DNA of 64,000 nucleotides from Monocercomonoides exilis PA203 (lineage: Eukaryota > Protista > Preaxostyla), in assembly GCA_001643675.2 (NCBI GenBank), contig LSRY02000037.1, positions 558,001 to 622,000 of the forward strand, given 5' to 3'. Shown piece after piece: positions 40,280 to 54,900 of this stretch. Below the pieces are notes generated by a model. That model was not told where the DNA came from and did no database searches. It saw only the letters and a program-made list of their open reading frames with translations. Position numbers and translations under genes: made by a program. The stretch's first letter is position 1; the number at the start of each line of letters is the position of its first letter.

Positions 40280-42270
40280 AAACGGATCACAACTTCCACC
40301 TCGTTCCCTCTTCAGCTGCAGCACCACCAGCTCCACCAGCATCATTGTCATCAGGTGCGACATTCACCTCCCTTCTTTCTTTATCACAACTGATTGCATT
40401 GACTCCGCCTGTTCACTCATCACCACTTCCACCCTTCCTTTTAACAGACACAACATGAAGCATGCTCAATCTTTTTTTTCTTTCCTGATTGCACTCTTCG
40501 CTATCATTTTGTTTTCTTACAACGATAGAGGAACATTCATATAAGCTGCAGAACACATATCCGGCAGCTGGAATTTCAGCAAAAAGAAATTGTTGAACAG
40601 GAAGGTCTGTATCTCAGAAGCCAACCACAGAATATAGCATATAGAAGATCCACAGGTTCCACGCCTTCATTGCTCTCTAATGCTTCTCCTCTTTTTTTCC
40701 AAAGAAATCCAGCAGAAGCCCAAAAAACAAAGTGTGTTAACTTTCTCTTTCTCCGGATTCAGCACTTTAAAATTCAAAAAATGCAATCACATCCCATTGT
40801 CTGATGTGTCTTCAAGCACCGTGCTGATTCACTTTCTGCACATCTGGAACGAAACAATCAGGAAGTTCTCTCTCTTTTCTATCAGCTGCTTCGGCAGCAC
40901 CTTTTCAAACAACACAGTGAATCAGAGCAGGAACAATGACTTTTCATCTTCCATGAAAAACTCTCGCACAAACTTCCCAAACAGCAGCACACATGCAACG
41001 TTTAACCGGAAAAGCTTTTCTCAGCGGATCATCACCTTCCAAACCACCTAGCTTCTCTTCTGCTGCAGAAACTTATGTGCAAGGACCAATTGCTGTTTTT
41101 CAATCACCTCCATTAACAGAGCCATCTGCTCGTTTGTCTTATGCACATGCAAGCCCAACAGCTTCATCAGCATCTTCATTTTCCTTCTTCATCTAGTTCA
41201 TCTTCTGATGCACAGTTGCATCCTCTCCTCCTTCACCACTACCACCTCCACCACCATTGGCCCCAGCGCCGTTCTTCTCTGATCTCTTGCTTGTCTCTGA
41301 CTTTGTTCCTTCGAATCAGTCTTCTCCTCCACCATTGCTGTTTTCTTCTCCATTAACACTCGCTCCGCTCGTCACTTTCTCAGCAACAACCTTCCAAGTG
41401 GAATCCGACTCGATCATCGCAGTGCTGCAATCCCCGATGCTCTCTGCAAACTTCTCATGTAAATTTTTTCGCAGCCCCTATGGCAGGATCCACTTCGTTG
41501 AAGACGAAACCACCTCAACTCCCGCAGACGACAACGAAGAAAGCGTGCCAAACGGTTCACGTGCACCAACTCCTGCCCCTGACCCTGCTCCCTCACTGTC
41601 CTCACTCTCCAATCCGCCCTGCTTCGTCTAGCGCTCCTTCTCCATCTCAATCCCCATATCGATCAGCTTTTCCTTCCACTTCATCTCCACCAGCTGCTCC
41701 TGCAGCTCCTTCATCTTTACGTTGAGCTTCTCGCTCAGCTCCAGGATCTTCCTCTCCCGCATCTGGATGATCTTGTCCTTCTCCTGCAGCTGCTCCGCCA
41801 GCTCGCTCGTCCGTTTAGCCTCCTTTTCCTTTCCAACTTCTTCTTCTTCTTTTTCTTCTTGCAAATTCAGTACAATCGCTGCAGGCGACAGAACCACATC
41901 TTCCTTCATCAGCCACTCTGCCCCACCGCCTCCAGCGCCTTCTCCGCAATCTCTCCAACTTCATTCACTGCAACCATTCGCTAACTCATTTTGTTGACCA
42001 GCTTCATCACTCCGCACGCCTCGACTGCTTCTATCGGTTCTCCAGCCGTTCAGTGGCCAATGAAGCAAGTGATAGATCAAGCGGATTGCAGATTGGCAGG
42101 ATCGCATTACATCAACCGCTGTTTATATCTGCTTCTTTAACGATTTCTTTCTCTGCAAGTCCTCAAGAAACGGGAGCAGAGCCAGAAATGGAACGGAAAG
42201 CATCATTCATTGAGCGGACACAGCACGTTCTGTTCAGCTTGGCGCAGAAAGCCAACATTGATACCTCGGA
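40280..42270 (-). pseudogene. Degenerate coiled-coil host gene fragment
   Basis: ORF 41628-41909 EQLQEKDKIIQMRERKILELSEKL. Segment 41996-42120 resembles 39090-39230 (CACGCCTCGACTGC shared). Confidence 0.3.
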
Positions 42271-43791
42271 GTGCTTTCAGTAGTGATTGAAGTGAATAAA
42301 GTGAATGAAGTGATTGCAGCTATGGAAGTGACAACAACACAGCTGCATTAGGCACGTCAATCCTCTGCCACCTAACGTTGTAGTACAGTATTTTGTCTCA
42401 GGTGTGAGATGAAACCACAGCAGATTCATTCGAAGATTCAACAGTAGGTGCCAATTATGATATGATGATCTTATCCCTTGGTGTATTGTTCTCTTCGCTT
42501 CAAAGCCTCCGAAATAGCAAAGGAAAATTGTATGCAACTCCAGTTGAAGATGACGAAAATGAAAAAAATTCAAAGAGAAAAGATAACTGCTGAACTGCGC
42601 TGGCCAGAACAGACATCACAACAAAGGGGAAAAGAGACTCATTAGAAGCGAGCAGAGTGATTTAACGCCTCCAGCCTGCCCTCGAATCGGGCTTTGAAGC
42701 AGCGAAAGCGATCGCAGCCCTTACAGCAAAGGAGCTGAAGAGAACTCACCAGTTTGAGGAGGATAAAGAGCGGCTTAGAGGACTGTTTTGCGCTTATGCG
42801 CTTATTACAGACTGTATTAGCAGAATTAACCTACAAAAGGTTATACCCCAATCAGGTTGGGAAAGCGCGAAAGGCTTTTTTGAAGGAGGAATGTCAAAAG
42901 ATGTTCCGGAGAACCTGAGGAAGTTGGTAAATAGCACCAGCTTTTTTCAAGCAGAGGGGGATGTTTCAGGATTCGAAGTATCACCAGTTTCCCCAACAGC
43001 CTTCGGCCTTGTCGCAGCCAGGAGCTGACGCTCAAGGAGGTACATCACAGGCAGGAACGCTCAGGGCTTCGCTTACAGACAGTTCCAAAAGCAGGGCTTC
43101 GATGGGAGTTTCACGATTTTCAAGATAAGAAGGTGATCAACACAGGCCCTTCCACAGCATACCCCAGCATCACCTGGGAGAGTTGCTTCGATCACAGTTC
43201 CCCTCCCCCAGCTCCCCAGAGGATTCGGGGGGGACCAGCTACAGGTACAGCTTCTGGATCGAGCCAATGGGACTGGAAGAGGCGAGGGGGAAGGAGTCCG
43301 CGCTTTGCCGCGAGATCGAGAGAGGAGAGAGAGAAGCAAATTACAGCGATATGAATACACAACGAGCAACCGTAGCTCCGGGCGAGAAGCGATCGGAGAC
43401 AGAAATGCAGAAACAACAGGTGAACGTCAAAGAGACTCTGAGCTCGTTAGACCAAAGGAAGGAGAGAGAACGAGAAATCACAGGAGAATCGGAGAGACAG
43501 ATATCGATTGAAGATGTGCAACAAAAGGCAACGAGAACAGAAGAAGACTCCACATATCCCCGAGTGACGAGACAGATGAGCGAGAGGAGGAACGAGAATT
43601 GAGTCTTGAGAGCTTCTGGGACTGTTATCGGGTCCCCAATTGGGAGCACACTGGAGGTGAGCTCGAAGACAGCAATCGCAGAAACTCTCGAAGGGGAAGA
43701 GGATACACAGATTCAGCATGGCCACAAGACGCCAGAAGTGAATGGGAGTACAGTGATTGGACCACCGTAAGAGCAACTTCCTGGGAGACTG

Positions 43792-45680
43792 GTGAACAGG
43801 CTAAGCGAGTGGAAGAAGATTGGGGGAGACAAACTAGTGAGCCGTGGAATAAAAGCTCGATGGAAAAGTTCCCAATCCCCAACCTTACTCGAGGAGAGAA
43901 AATACAAACAAGAATTTCGGGGAACAACGGAAATGACGAACAATTACTTATCCCTCTTGGAGGAGGAATTGAAGGACGGAGTGGTGAAGCCCATTCAGGA
44001 GTCGGAGGTGAAGTGGTTCAATCCGACATTCATGGTGATAAAGAAGAATGGAAAGTGGAGAAAGATACTAGATTGCAGGGCGCTAAACGAGGAAGTGCAG
44101 GGAAAGCATTTCAAGATGGATGCCCAGGAGACAATAGTGGAACTCCTGAAGGAGAACGATTAGATGACCACTCTCGACATATCGAGTGCATACCAGCATG
44201 TCAAAGTGAACAAACAACTCATTCCATTCCTGTGCTTCAGCTTTCAAAAGCAATGCTACACTTACGTGGGGATGCCATTTGGAGCAAAGGACGCTCCCAG
44301 AGTTTTCACGAAGATAATGAGACGGGTAGCGTCATATATCAGAGAACATTGGAAGGTAAAGCTGGTGATATTTCTGGACGACATTCTCCTCATGCACCCA
44401 GACAGGGATGCATTGAGATCGATCTCACAGGAGATAGCCCAGTTCCTGAGAAATCTGGGCTGGATTCTGTCGGAGGAAAAACTGAAGTTGGAACACACAA
44501 GGAGTGTGGAGTTTCTGGGATTGCTCTGGAACTCGGAAAGGATGGAAGTGACGCTCCAAGAAAGGAAGAGAGTGCTGCTCCTGGAGGATGTGCGAAATTG
44601 GATGGCACATGCAAAGAAAAGGAGGAGACAAAGGACGAGGGATTTAGCAGCACTCCTCGGGAGGCTGAATTTTGTGAGACTGAAACACACGCCAGCGAGT
44701 TTGTGGTTGACGAGTGTGCAATATGTGCTGAGGCAGGCGATAACCCGCGGGGGCTGGAAGGGAACGGTAATAGCCAACCCAATGATGTTAGGAGAATTAA
44801 CACATTGGAGGAAAACTCTGCGAGAGAACAGACCAAGGAGTCTGAGGAGAAGGAACAGACCAGCAGAACTAACAACGGATGCATCAGAGCTGGGTTGGGG
44901 TGCAGTATTAACAATACCGAGGGAGAACAAAGAGGAGAAGATATATGTCCACGGAAGATGGATCCTCCAGGAAAGCATGCTTGCAATCAACGAGAAGGAG
45001 TCCAGAGCAGTGTTGAGGACTTTAGAAAGGAAAGGAGCATGGCTGAAAGAACAGAGGAGAGACCATATTTGTCTGAAGACAGACAACGTGTCCACGAGAT
45101 GGACGATTCAGAAAAAGAGGGGAGCGCCATCGCTCATCCCAACACTGAGAGCGTTGGAGAAAAAACTGCACAGCCTGGATATTACAATACAAACGGAACA
45201 TCTCCCGGGGGAACAGAATACAGAAGCAGATGTACTCAGCCGGATGACGAAAAAGCCGGACTATGCACTGAGTTGGGAGAAAGTTGCAGAGATATTTAAA
45301 GAAATTGCACCGAGAATACAAGAGACAATTTTAGAACAGATTGCTCTGGTGCCTTGCGGAAGTACTTGGAAACTATCCTCTCTGAAAAAAAAGAGAAAGA
45401 AAGAATTGTGAGAAAACAAGATAGCACTAGTCCACCCGTTCCTGAGAAACATTGGACGGACCCTGAAAGAGAAGATGAAGGAAGCCCAGAGGGAACAAAC
45501 GATTCTGATTCTGCCAGCCTGGCGGGGGCAGACCTGGACCCCGCTACTGCAGCTTGGGAATTAGAATAAGACCCTGGGGACATTTCAGGAGTGCATGATA
45601 CCGGGAGCGAAGATGAGAAGGGAAGGCTGGAAACTACCCCCAGGAGAAATAATAAGTGTTATACTGGAGAGGAAAATATC
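43792..45680 (+). pseudogene. RT-RNase H-(MTase remnant) of DIRS element B
   Basis: KKNGKWRKILDCRALN, TLDISSAY, GMPFGAKDAP, FLDD, TTDASELGWGA, INEKES, TDN, HLPGEQNTEADVLSR, DYAL and LILPAWRGQTW. TAG at 44161 where Trp is expected. Confidence 0.92.
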
Positions 45681-45699
45681 CAAGGAAGGGACCTCTTTT

Positions 45700-47027
45700 T
45701 GACATAAGGAGAATACGTTGGAGCAAAAGACATAGCAGCAGCAATACTTTGAAATCAGAAGAGTGAGAGAGATACGTGGAGAGCCCTGCGAAAATTCAAG
45801 CAATTTCTAGATAGAGAGAGCATGGATGACACTGACCCCCTCACAACCAGAGATGCCAAATGGATTATGGTAGAGTTCACCGAAACACTCTCGAATACGA
45901 ACCTCTCAAGCGGAGTGATTCATCAGACAGTACGGAAAGTTCTGGATTCTATTAACCTTTTTTGAGAGACCAAGATTGATGTGAAGGATATTGAAATATT
46001 ACCAAAAATTTATGTGTGTGAGAAGCCGAGAAAGGGCATGCGACACAAATCAATGTGGGACTTGACAATCATTACGAAATGGGCTGAAATCACCCAGGAG
46101 AGGAAGTACCCACAAATCCTCCAGAGGAGAGCTCTCATCCATTATATAATTTTCGGTGCTTTTAGACCAGCAGAGCTGGAAAGTATGAGAAGTGAGACAA
46201 TGATATTTAAAGATAATTTTGTCCAGACTCAAGGACAAACGAAAACATCAGGGGGAGAGAATGTGAAGGTTAAAAAAAATTAACATCCAAACCCACGAAT
46301 AGATGCTGTTGCAGCGCTCCAACGTTGGATGGGTTATACAAAGACAACCTTTAGAGAGGAACATGTGTGGTTCGATATCAAGGAGAGGCAACCTGCAAAC
46401 TTGCAGAGGATTAAAGAAGAATTAATGGCTGTCTTGAGAGAGAACGGAATACACGACACATTTACCGCGTACTCGATAAGACACGCTGTGATAACACATT
46501 TGGCAAGACAACAAGATGCAGATTGGAAAGCAATAAATGCGTACGTGAGATAGGCGCCAGGTTCTAGAGGAGCCCAGGAGAATTACACCGTGCTACCAGT
46601 TCAAGACACGAGATGGATCCTGGAGACAATCTGCGGCCCAGTATCCCTTGCTGAAAAGGGAGACAAGTCGGAAAAAAATAGCGAAAGAAAGGATATTATC
46701 AACAAGAATACAGAAGCTGAAACAAAGGAGTATCCGGGAGAGACAACACAAGTTGAGGGAGAAGGGGACATGAGCAAGAGAAAGAAGTCGAAGAGTCGAG
46801 GGCCAATTCGAGAGAGGAGCTCGCATCACGAGAGCGATTTTATAGAACCCCCCAGAGGTGATGAGACATCCCCCATAATTCCCCGCAGCATCATGGAGCT
46901 GACGGAGGGCAGACTAACTGCCTCACAGAAAAAGTTTGAAACTTATCGGAGGAAACGCGGAGAGAGAAGCATTGGACAAATTGTCAGGTCCTCTCAAGCG
47001 CAGAATACCCGATCAAGGATACCCTGA
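45700..47027 (+). pseudogene. Tyrosine recombinase of DIRS element B
   Basis: FGAFRPAEL (Arg), YSIRHA and R*APGSRGAQENY (Tyr); stops at ~46281 and 46551. Confidence 0.85.
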
Positions 47028-50000
47028 AAACACACCAAGAAAGGGAGATAGAAGAGACAAAAGCCGCACCTACATCTTCCGTCCCTCTATTCATCCGCTG
47101 CATGATATTGTGCAAGGCAGGAGGGTTTAAGATCAGGAGAGAAAAGAGAGCGAGGGGTTTCAGGACTCATTATTGAGGAGTAAACCTGCTCCTTGCGTTT
47201 GTTGATTCGCTCCATTGCGAATTCATAAAAACGCAGTGAGACAGGTTTGCTCCGAGATAATAGGAATACGGATGGAAAGACGATAGGCGGAGTGGTGCGA
47301 GGGGGAGCCAGAAGGGTGTGGGGAGATGACTAGAAAAAAGGGCGAGACATAGAAAGAGAGAAAGAAAGAATAAACGCCCGAAGTGATTAGTGTACGCCGT
47401 GAGTCCGGAAAGATACAAATAGAACGAACATACAAGTTTAATCAAAAGCTCTCTATCCAACACGAGAACGATTGTTTTCACAAAGAAGAATTTCATTCCA
47501 AATATATTGTGTGTGATTATTGAAATTGCTCTGCTGGATCAGCAGAAGAGCGGGAAGCAGAGCACATCTCACGCAGTTTTCTTTTCCACGCCTCGTGAAA
47601 GCGAGAGTGGTTTTTCTTTCTGCTCCGTTTTGAGCTTTCGCCTCACCGAATCCCTGCACAGCCTGCAGGTGAGAGCTCCGAGGGGCTATGTCCCCTGCCC
47701 TCTGGTATTCGTGACCAAGGCGAAAAGGAGAAGAAGGTGGTGAAGTGAAGCGGACAATTCATAACACACTTTTTTATAGTTTTTATGTTTTTGTCTATAT
47801 TTTCATCTCACCCTTTTATCCACGTCATATTTGGGAGGGCGAAGTTCTCACTTAAACCACCAACAAATCGTAATCAATACTCATTTTCTTAAAGCAAGCC
47901 TGAATCTCAGCGTATTATTAAAAAATTCAAATGAAAGGAAGGAGAGGAAGACAATGAAAGAAATATCACAAAGATGGATGAAAAAGTGTTTGCTTTAGAA
48001 GATGACTTAGAGGAAGGTGAAGATAAAGAACTGTTTGAAACGTTCAGATAAGAGAAGGAAGAAAGATGAAGATGAAGATTTCGGAGAAACAGAACCCATC
48101 GGAGATATACATTCACCTTTTCCGTTTTTGATTTTCTTTTTCCTTTTTCACAGTCCAATCATCAATCATTAATACAATTTACTCCTTTTCCCTCCTTCTC
48201 TTTAAATCTACTTCTTCTTCTTCTTTTCCTTCTTCATATACATATTGTTCATCTGCTATTTTTTTGCTCCTTTTTCTTTCTCATCTCCATTTGATCCATT
48301 TTCTTTTTCATTTCTCAACTCTCCCAAAAAATCAACACTGCTCATCAAACCGCAAGCATTTGCGTGTGGCTGAGTCAAACGAAGATAATCATCCGAATGG
48401 AGACATGAAACAGACTGTGATTGAAGATGACGATGCAAAAGGAAGATGATGTTGATGGAGGAGAAAATGATGATATCCATGATGGTGATGAAAATGCTGA
48501 GAAAAATAAAAGCGAAGAAAATGAAGAGGAGGAAGAGGCAGTACATCTGAAGAGTGCAAAGGCGGAGAAGGCATCTGAACACAAGAGCAAGCAAAACCTT
48601 CACAAGTGCTCCAAAAGTGGATCTTCGACTGCATAGGCGTGTGGCAAACACTCTAAAACTGAGTGTGTAATCAGATAGAAACATTTGCGATGCAGATGGC
48701 TGGCTGGCCGATGGATAATTGCAATCACAGACACAACAATTCGAATTCGAGATCATATATGAAGAGGAATATGAAGAAGAAGAAGAAGAAGATGATGATG
48801 ATGATGATGATGATGACGACGATAGAGGAATTTGTTTGCATTCTTCTTGTCGCATCGTGACAGAAGCATTGCTGCTTGGAAGCTCAAAATGAGGCCGACC
48901 CCCAACATTCAATGCATTTGAAGTAGATGAAGGTGAAGATGGAGAAGAAGGAGAAGATGGTGAGGAATGAGGAGGAGAAGTGGATGAATGGAGGGAATCT
49001 GAAGGAAAATGAGATTATGGTTGTGATGAGCGAGCATCATCCTTCTTCTCCTTCTCATTCCCTTTCACAAAATTTCGAATGCCATTATGCCGACCAAGAA
49101 GACGATGTTTTGTCGCTCCTCTCTTCCCTTCCCCGCCTTCTTCCCTCTGTTCTCCCAAATGAAGCAAAAGTGACTGAGTTTCTTCATAAAATGATCATGG
49201 AAACTTTTCAGGCTCGCAAAATTTGTCACATAATTCATCCCAAGTCATCTTCTTTTGCTTTTGATGAATACGCACCTTTGGCTTTTGAGGATATGGGAAT
49301 ACTTTGTTGCGAGTGTCTTTTTTAAAGCCCTAATTATTTGTTTCTTCTTTTGTTTCCTCTTCCTCTTTCTCTTCTTCTTCTTCTTCCTCGTTATCATCAT
49401 CATCGTCTTCGCCTTCGTCATCGTCAACTTTCATCTCATCTGACATTTCCTCCAAATTTTGGTTGATGTGCGAGAATTGAATGAGAACGCACTGAATAAT
49501 TGGAATGTGAAGAGGCTACTCGCTCTTGCACTTCTGTGATTGTGAAGATGTCTCCTGTTGCTCTTCTTTGCTGCGCATCCTGAAGCATTCAAAGAAGTCC
49601 ATCATGGATATCACATTGAAGGAGTGATCAGCTAAAAGCAGAAGAAGTTGCAGAAGCAGATACAGAAGCAGAAAATGTAGATAAACAAGAGAGAGAGTTC
49701 ACTCGGTCGGAGACATTCACAAGAAAATCAATGACATGGAAGGAGAATACACATGGTGATGGAGAAATCTCTCTGAGGTTATCTCTGTTGCAATTCACCC
49801 CCCAAACAAGAATTGCTTCGATGCAATTGTCTTTTCATATTTGTCTCCTTCATTCTCTGAAAATAAAGAAAAAGGCATTTTCCTTTTCTTGTTGCATGCC
49901 TTTTTATCTTCTTTTCTTTATTCATCACAACGTTTCTTCCATTTTTATTTGTTTCAGATGATACTCCATCAAGAATGAATATTTCGTTTTTCTGAATAGC

Positions 50001-51348
50001 AATTAAAGACAAAGTTTGAAGGCGATTTCGTTGAGAATTAAAAAAAACATTGTTTTTATCGATCACAGAAGATGTTGGAGTGCAAAAAAGACGATTAGAA
50101 TATAAAGATAGACTTTGTTCAGATGGCATTTCATCATCAAAATCGTGAATGGTAATTGGAACGAAAGATAATTCAATGATTGATTTGCTGTATTGAAGGG
50201 AAGGAAACGAAACAATTTTCGATTACATTTAACATCTCTGCAGAATTGAAATAGATAAATGTATCCGAATGATGAAAGTCTTTTCCAAATGCCAAGCAGG
50301 AGGAAGCAGCAAAAAAGTCAAAGATAACGAATAAAACGAAGGAGACGAAGAAGGAAAATAAAAATGGAAGCAGAGAAATCCAAAAAGAATTTGATGATTT
50401 TTCCGATGAAGAATATGAAAAGGTTTCACATTGCGTTGTTGATTGAATATAATATCTCATTTAACAAGTTGATTTCGCAAGGAGATAATAATTCAAATCA
50501 CAATTTTTAATGACGATATTTTCAAGCCTATCAATAGAATTACAGGCATAGGTGAATTTAAGGTCCTTTATCAATTCTTGATTATTCTATAAAATAATAT
50601 GATAAATAAAAAGCATATTTAATAGTAAAACATTTGTATGGACAGGAATTTTGAAATTCTTTACGATCCTTGAGAAAAAACTATTTTGAATAATCACCCA
50701 TAAATTTGAGTATTATTTCAAATTATTGATAAAAATTGATAATTTTAAAATAATAAGCTGCTGGAAGGTCATTTATTATTATACACTCTTATTATATTTA
50801 TTAAAATTTGAGAAATGGGTGATTTTTTTTGATATCATAAAAAAAGATCAAAAATTGAAAAAACGAAATCTATTGTGGTATTTTCTGATCATATAACAAG
50901 AATTGATTTTTCATGAGTATTGAGCATGTCTTGACAAAACATTTATTTGTTTTATTTATTTAAACAAAAATTCATTCCTTTTTTATATTTTTGGTGAAAA
51001 TGTATTTTTTGATCAAGTTTTAAAAAATTGAACCAAATACAAATAAATAAAACTTCAGAAAGATATAGAAGTTTCAAGATTTACTGAACAATTCCGATAA
51101 TTGGAAAATAAAGACAAAAAACATTGGAAAAGTTTGGAATTTTATTAAAATTATTATTTTTTTGATTTTCAAAAAAAGACAATAGTTTGATATCTTTTAT
51201 TTCTTTGGATTTAACATCTCAAAATCATCATTCCAGCTTTGTAGCTCAGCTTCAACAGCAAAACAAAAGATAGAACTGTGGAAAAGAATATATTTCCAAC
51301 AATAACAACTGATTCAAATTCGTTATCTCTCTCTATTCTCCTGATTAT

Positions 51349-51966
51349 TTGGCGTTCAAACTTTCTTCTCCATCCCCTTTGTTCTTCATCCAAAATTTTC
51401 CATTATTGTTTCTTTCACATTCTCATTCCACATACATCCTCTATCGCTCCTTAATCGCCAAAGAAATTCATTCCACTCATCCTGCACTTCCTCTTCTTTC
51501 TTCTTTTATTTCTTCATTAATTGCCACTTCACCTGCCCTCTCCCTCTCCCTCGCCAACTGCACCATCACCAACATCAACTCAGAACAGCTGAACCAACAA
51601 ACTGCCACCAATGGCGGGTGCATCTCATTCGCCTCATCTGCCTCTGACAATACGTTTTCTGTGAGTGACACCATCTTCTCCAGCTGCTCTGTGATCGAGG
51701 ATGCAAGTTCTGGAGGAAGAGGCGGTGATCTCATGATCGAGTTCAATGAAGGCTCACAAGTGTCAGAATCCTCCTTTTCCATCACCAATATCGTGTTTTC
51801 AGCCAACAAGGCCAGTGTCGGAAGAGATATGTATTTTGTGTGTGAATCCCTTGTCACTTCTGTGAAAGAGCCCTTGTTCGCCTTCATGAGAAGCATCACT
51901 CAGAAAGACAACTCGGCTGTTGCACATGATAGAACAGAAGCATTCGGTGATTGGGATGCCGATTAA
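51349..51966 (+). pseudogene. Beta-helix surface protein fragment (GGxI / FxxN repeats)
   Basis: NGGCISF...FSSCSV...GGRGGDLMI...FSANKASVGRDMYFVC; truncated. Confidence 0.55.
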
Positions 51967-54900
51967 TAAATCTTTAACAACGGGCATACAGCTAACAATG
52001 AATACGTGGAAAGCATACTTGGTACCAAGGAAATGAATTGCGAGTTGGAAAAGACTCCCTACAAGAGCGCGCAAAACGCTACAGGTCTTCTGAAGAAGGT
52101 GCAGATCATAAGGCAGAAATCATTTCATGAGTTGACTTGTCGGTGAAAATATGTGCAAACGAAGGCAAAGTCGAAGATATTTGAAGAGAAGGCACACAAA
52201 ATAGAAGAAAACATCTCATATGTGCATTTGATGGAATCAACATTGCTTGTCGGGCATTTATTCTCTTCTTTCATAGAATTTTCCATTAAATATGCCTTTT
52301 AAAATTTATAAGTTTCCCTCATCGTTTCATCTTCTGCACATGTTGAAGGAATGCGACGTTGTGTAACCTGGCGAACACTATTTTTGAACTCATCCATTTC
52401 ATTAAAGAATTGCTCTAATACTCTTTCTTTTTAATCTCCGCCTCTTTCAGCTTCCAAACAAAAAAAGGCAAAATCGTCCTCCTTTTTTGATTTCGCGCCG
52501 ACTGATCAGTTTCTTTCGACAAGAAATCACATCTGTTGTTATTAAAACTTGGCCACATATCGCAATTGAATGAATATGCCTTTTGTGCTTCCGAAAAGAT
52601 AATAAAAGATGATGCTTGGTCCTGAATTTGACGGGAGTTGAAGAAATGAGATAATTATATGCTAACTCGGAAGCTCTGCTGAATTGAACAAAACAAACAT
52701 TTGACTAAGTCGATGCTCTGATCCAATGCCAAATAAGAGGAAACAAAAAAGAAGAAGTTGAAGAGGGCGTTGATGACAATGATGACGAGGATAAAGAGGG
52801 ATATTCTGCTTTTAATAAAGTTCATTGCTGAAATGAAGTGGATGTGACTGACTATATTGATGATGAAGAGGAGGCGGTGGTGATAAAAGGTTAGTTGAAA
52901 GTGAAAAGTTGAATGAGAAGAGTCTCAGACAGAGATGAAATATCATGTAGATCAATTGACCTTTTCTTTTCCCTCACTTTTTTCTATTTTCTCATGTTCT
53001 TTCTTCTTCTTCTAGTCTTTCAGCTTGCCTCTACCATCTCCTGGATCTTCTTCTGCTCTCCTTAGACCATGTTCTTCGCAGTCAGTGTTCGTTTTATCTG
53101 CTCGTCAATCTCTTCTCAGTCTTTCGTGACTTCTGCTCACTCCAGCTCTGTCAGCTTCTTGATCATCTCTTTGTTCTTGTAATGTTCCTCGATCATCTTG
53201 TATTTCACTTCTAGCAGAACAGCTCCTTCCTCTCTTTCCTTCCACAAGCCTCCCAAACACTCTGTTCTCTCTTTCTATTTGCACAAATAAAACAACTTTC
53301 TCGTTTTTGTTGATTTGTTTCTTTCTTTTTCCATTTTTTCTTTTCTGTTATCTCTTTCAGTATCATCTGCATTTTCCTTAATGAAGCTCTTTCGTTTTCT
53401 TTGATTTCATCATTTTCAGGAATTTTTTGTGTTATAGATAGACTTCCAAAGATATATCCGCATTCTGTTTCTTTTTGGTGACATTTCTCTTCTTCCAATT
53501 GAACACTTCTTGTAAGATCTCTTTCTGTCTATCAAAATTATCTTTTCTTTCGCCAATTACTTTCACAGAACAGCTTTCAATCTTTTCTCAAGCTGAAACT
53601 CTTCTTTTTCTGTCTCTCTTTCATCATCTCTAATATAACTTCCTTTCCCCCTTCTTCTTCTCATTGTTCACCATCTCTTCCTCACATTCTTCACGGCTTC
53701 TTTATTGATATCCGATCATCTTGTTTCACTTGTCCATGTCATCCTCCTCTTCAGCTGCCCCAACGCAATTTGAAACTAAATCTTCAACTTCTTCGATAAG
53801 TTTACGAAATGTAATTTATCCAACACATCTTCGTACCTGAGTCACTTCTCTTAAATGAACAAAAAAGGATATTCGAACGTCCAACAAACATCTCAATGAA
53901 TTATACACAGAAAAGTTGTCCATTTCGCACAAAACGTCAGAAACAGGAGAAGATAACTTGGAAGCTGAAAGAGGAGTCAGCGTAGATAATAGAGGCGCCT
54001 GTGGAACAGATGTCAGTGACATTTGTGAAGAAGTATTTAAAGAACAGTGTGCTTTTCCAATGTCAGAAGACTTTTATTACTTGAATAATCCATCGGAGAT
54101 CCGAAAATATAATTTGAAGGCAATGTGACCTTTCGCTCTTTTCTTTTCTGGCGCATTAGAGAATTTAAAGTTACAAACCTTGCATTTTGTATTTTTTTCT
54201 TCGATTGCTCTAACTACATAAGCTGAAGATAGCAAAAGAAGATCTCAATTTTTATAAGATTCTCAGCACAGTTCTCTTTGTTCTGAAGTTGCAGCTGCAT
54301 TCCCAAAGGAGGCAGACGAGCTGCGCTGCCTTGCTTGTTCGTTGCTCCTGTTAAAATAAGCCCTTGAATTCACTGAATCCCTTGTGATTGCATAAACCAC
54401 TGTTGCATTATTCCTTGATGAGAATACAATGGAATTTAAACGGAACCACAGCCAGAAGAAGAGCCAGAAGACGGATTCAACAAGGAAGGGAGAGATCCAA
54501 TTACTCCACTCATTTCGTCCGCATGAGTCGTCCTTTTTCATCCTGTGAAACTTCTTCACAACTGCATCAGAAGCTCCAGGTTGCCTTTGTTCTATCTTGA
54601 CGTAACTTTTATTGCAGACTTGGTTGGACTGAGGTTGTTCATCCCAAACGCTTTTCTCTCCTCCTCCTTCTGCAAAATCCTGACCTTCTACTCCGCTTTT
54701 GCCTGGAATTCCACATCAAGCGCCTGCTTCGTAGTTTCATTAAGTAGAATGCTGCTGACCATTTTTCGCAATTGTAGTGTTAACGCAGCAGCTGCTTTAA
54801 GCTGTTCAACAGGCTGCCTCGCCAGCGCCAACATAAACTGATTCTCTTTGTTTCTCGCTTTTTCCAAAACAGGGCGGAACTGCCAAGTCGGGTGGCAATT

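Larger units (their letters stand above)
42600..47770 (+). mobile_element. DIRS-like tyrosine-recombinase retrotransposon B (decayed; ends approximate)
   Basis: gag-like remnant, RT/RNase H (43792-45411), MTase remnant and YR (45700-47027); GC-richer than flanks. Confidence 0.88.

Noticed and set aside
43599-45299. 566-aa alternative-frame ORF overlapping RT
   Set aside because: No recognisable motif; long overlapping frames are common in purine-rich DIRS pol regions. Not supported as a separate gene, though not excluded.
44161-46553. In-frame TAG/TAA in TE genes as evidence of a TAR=Gln genetic code (used by some oxymonads)
   Set aside because: The stops fall where Trp (TGG>TAG) or Leu is expected and coexist with TGA stops and frameshifts. 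The 3.4-kb intact exon has no internal TAR. Ordinary decay explains them.
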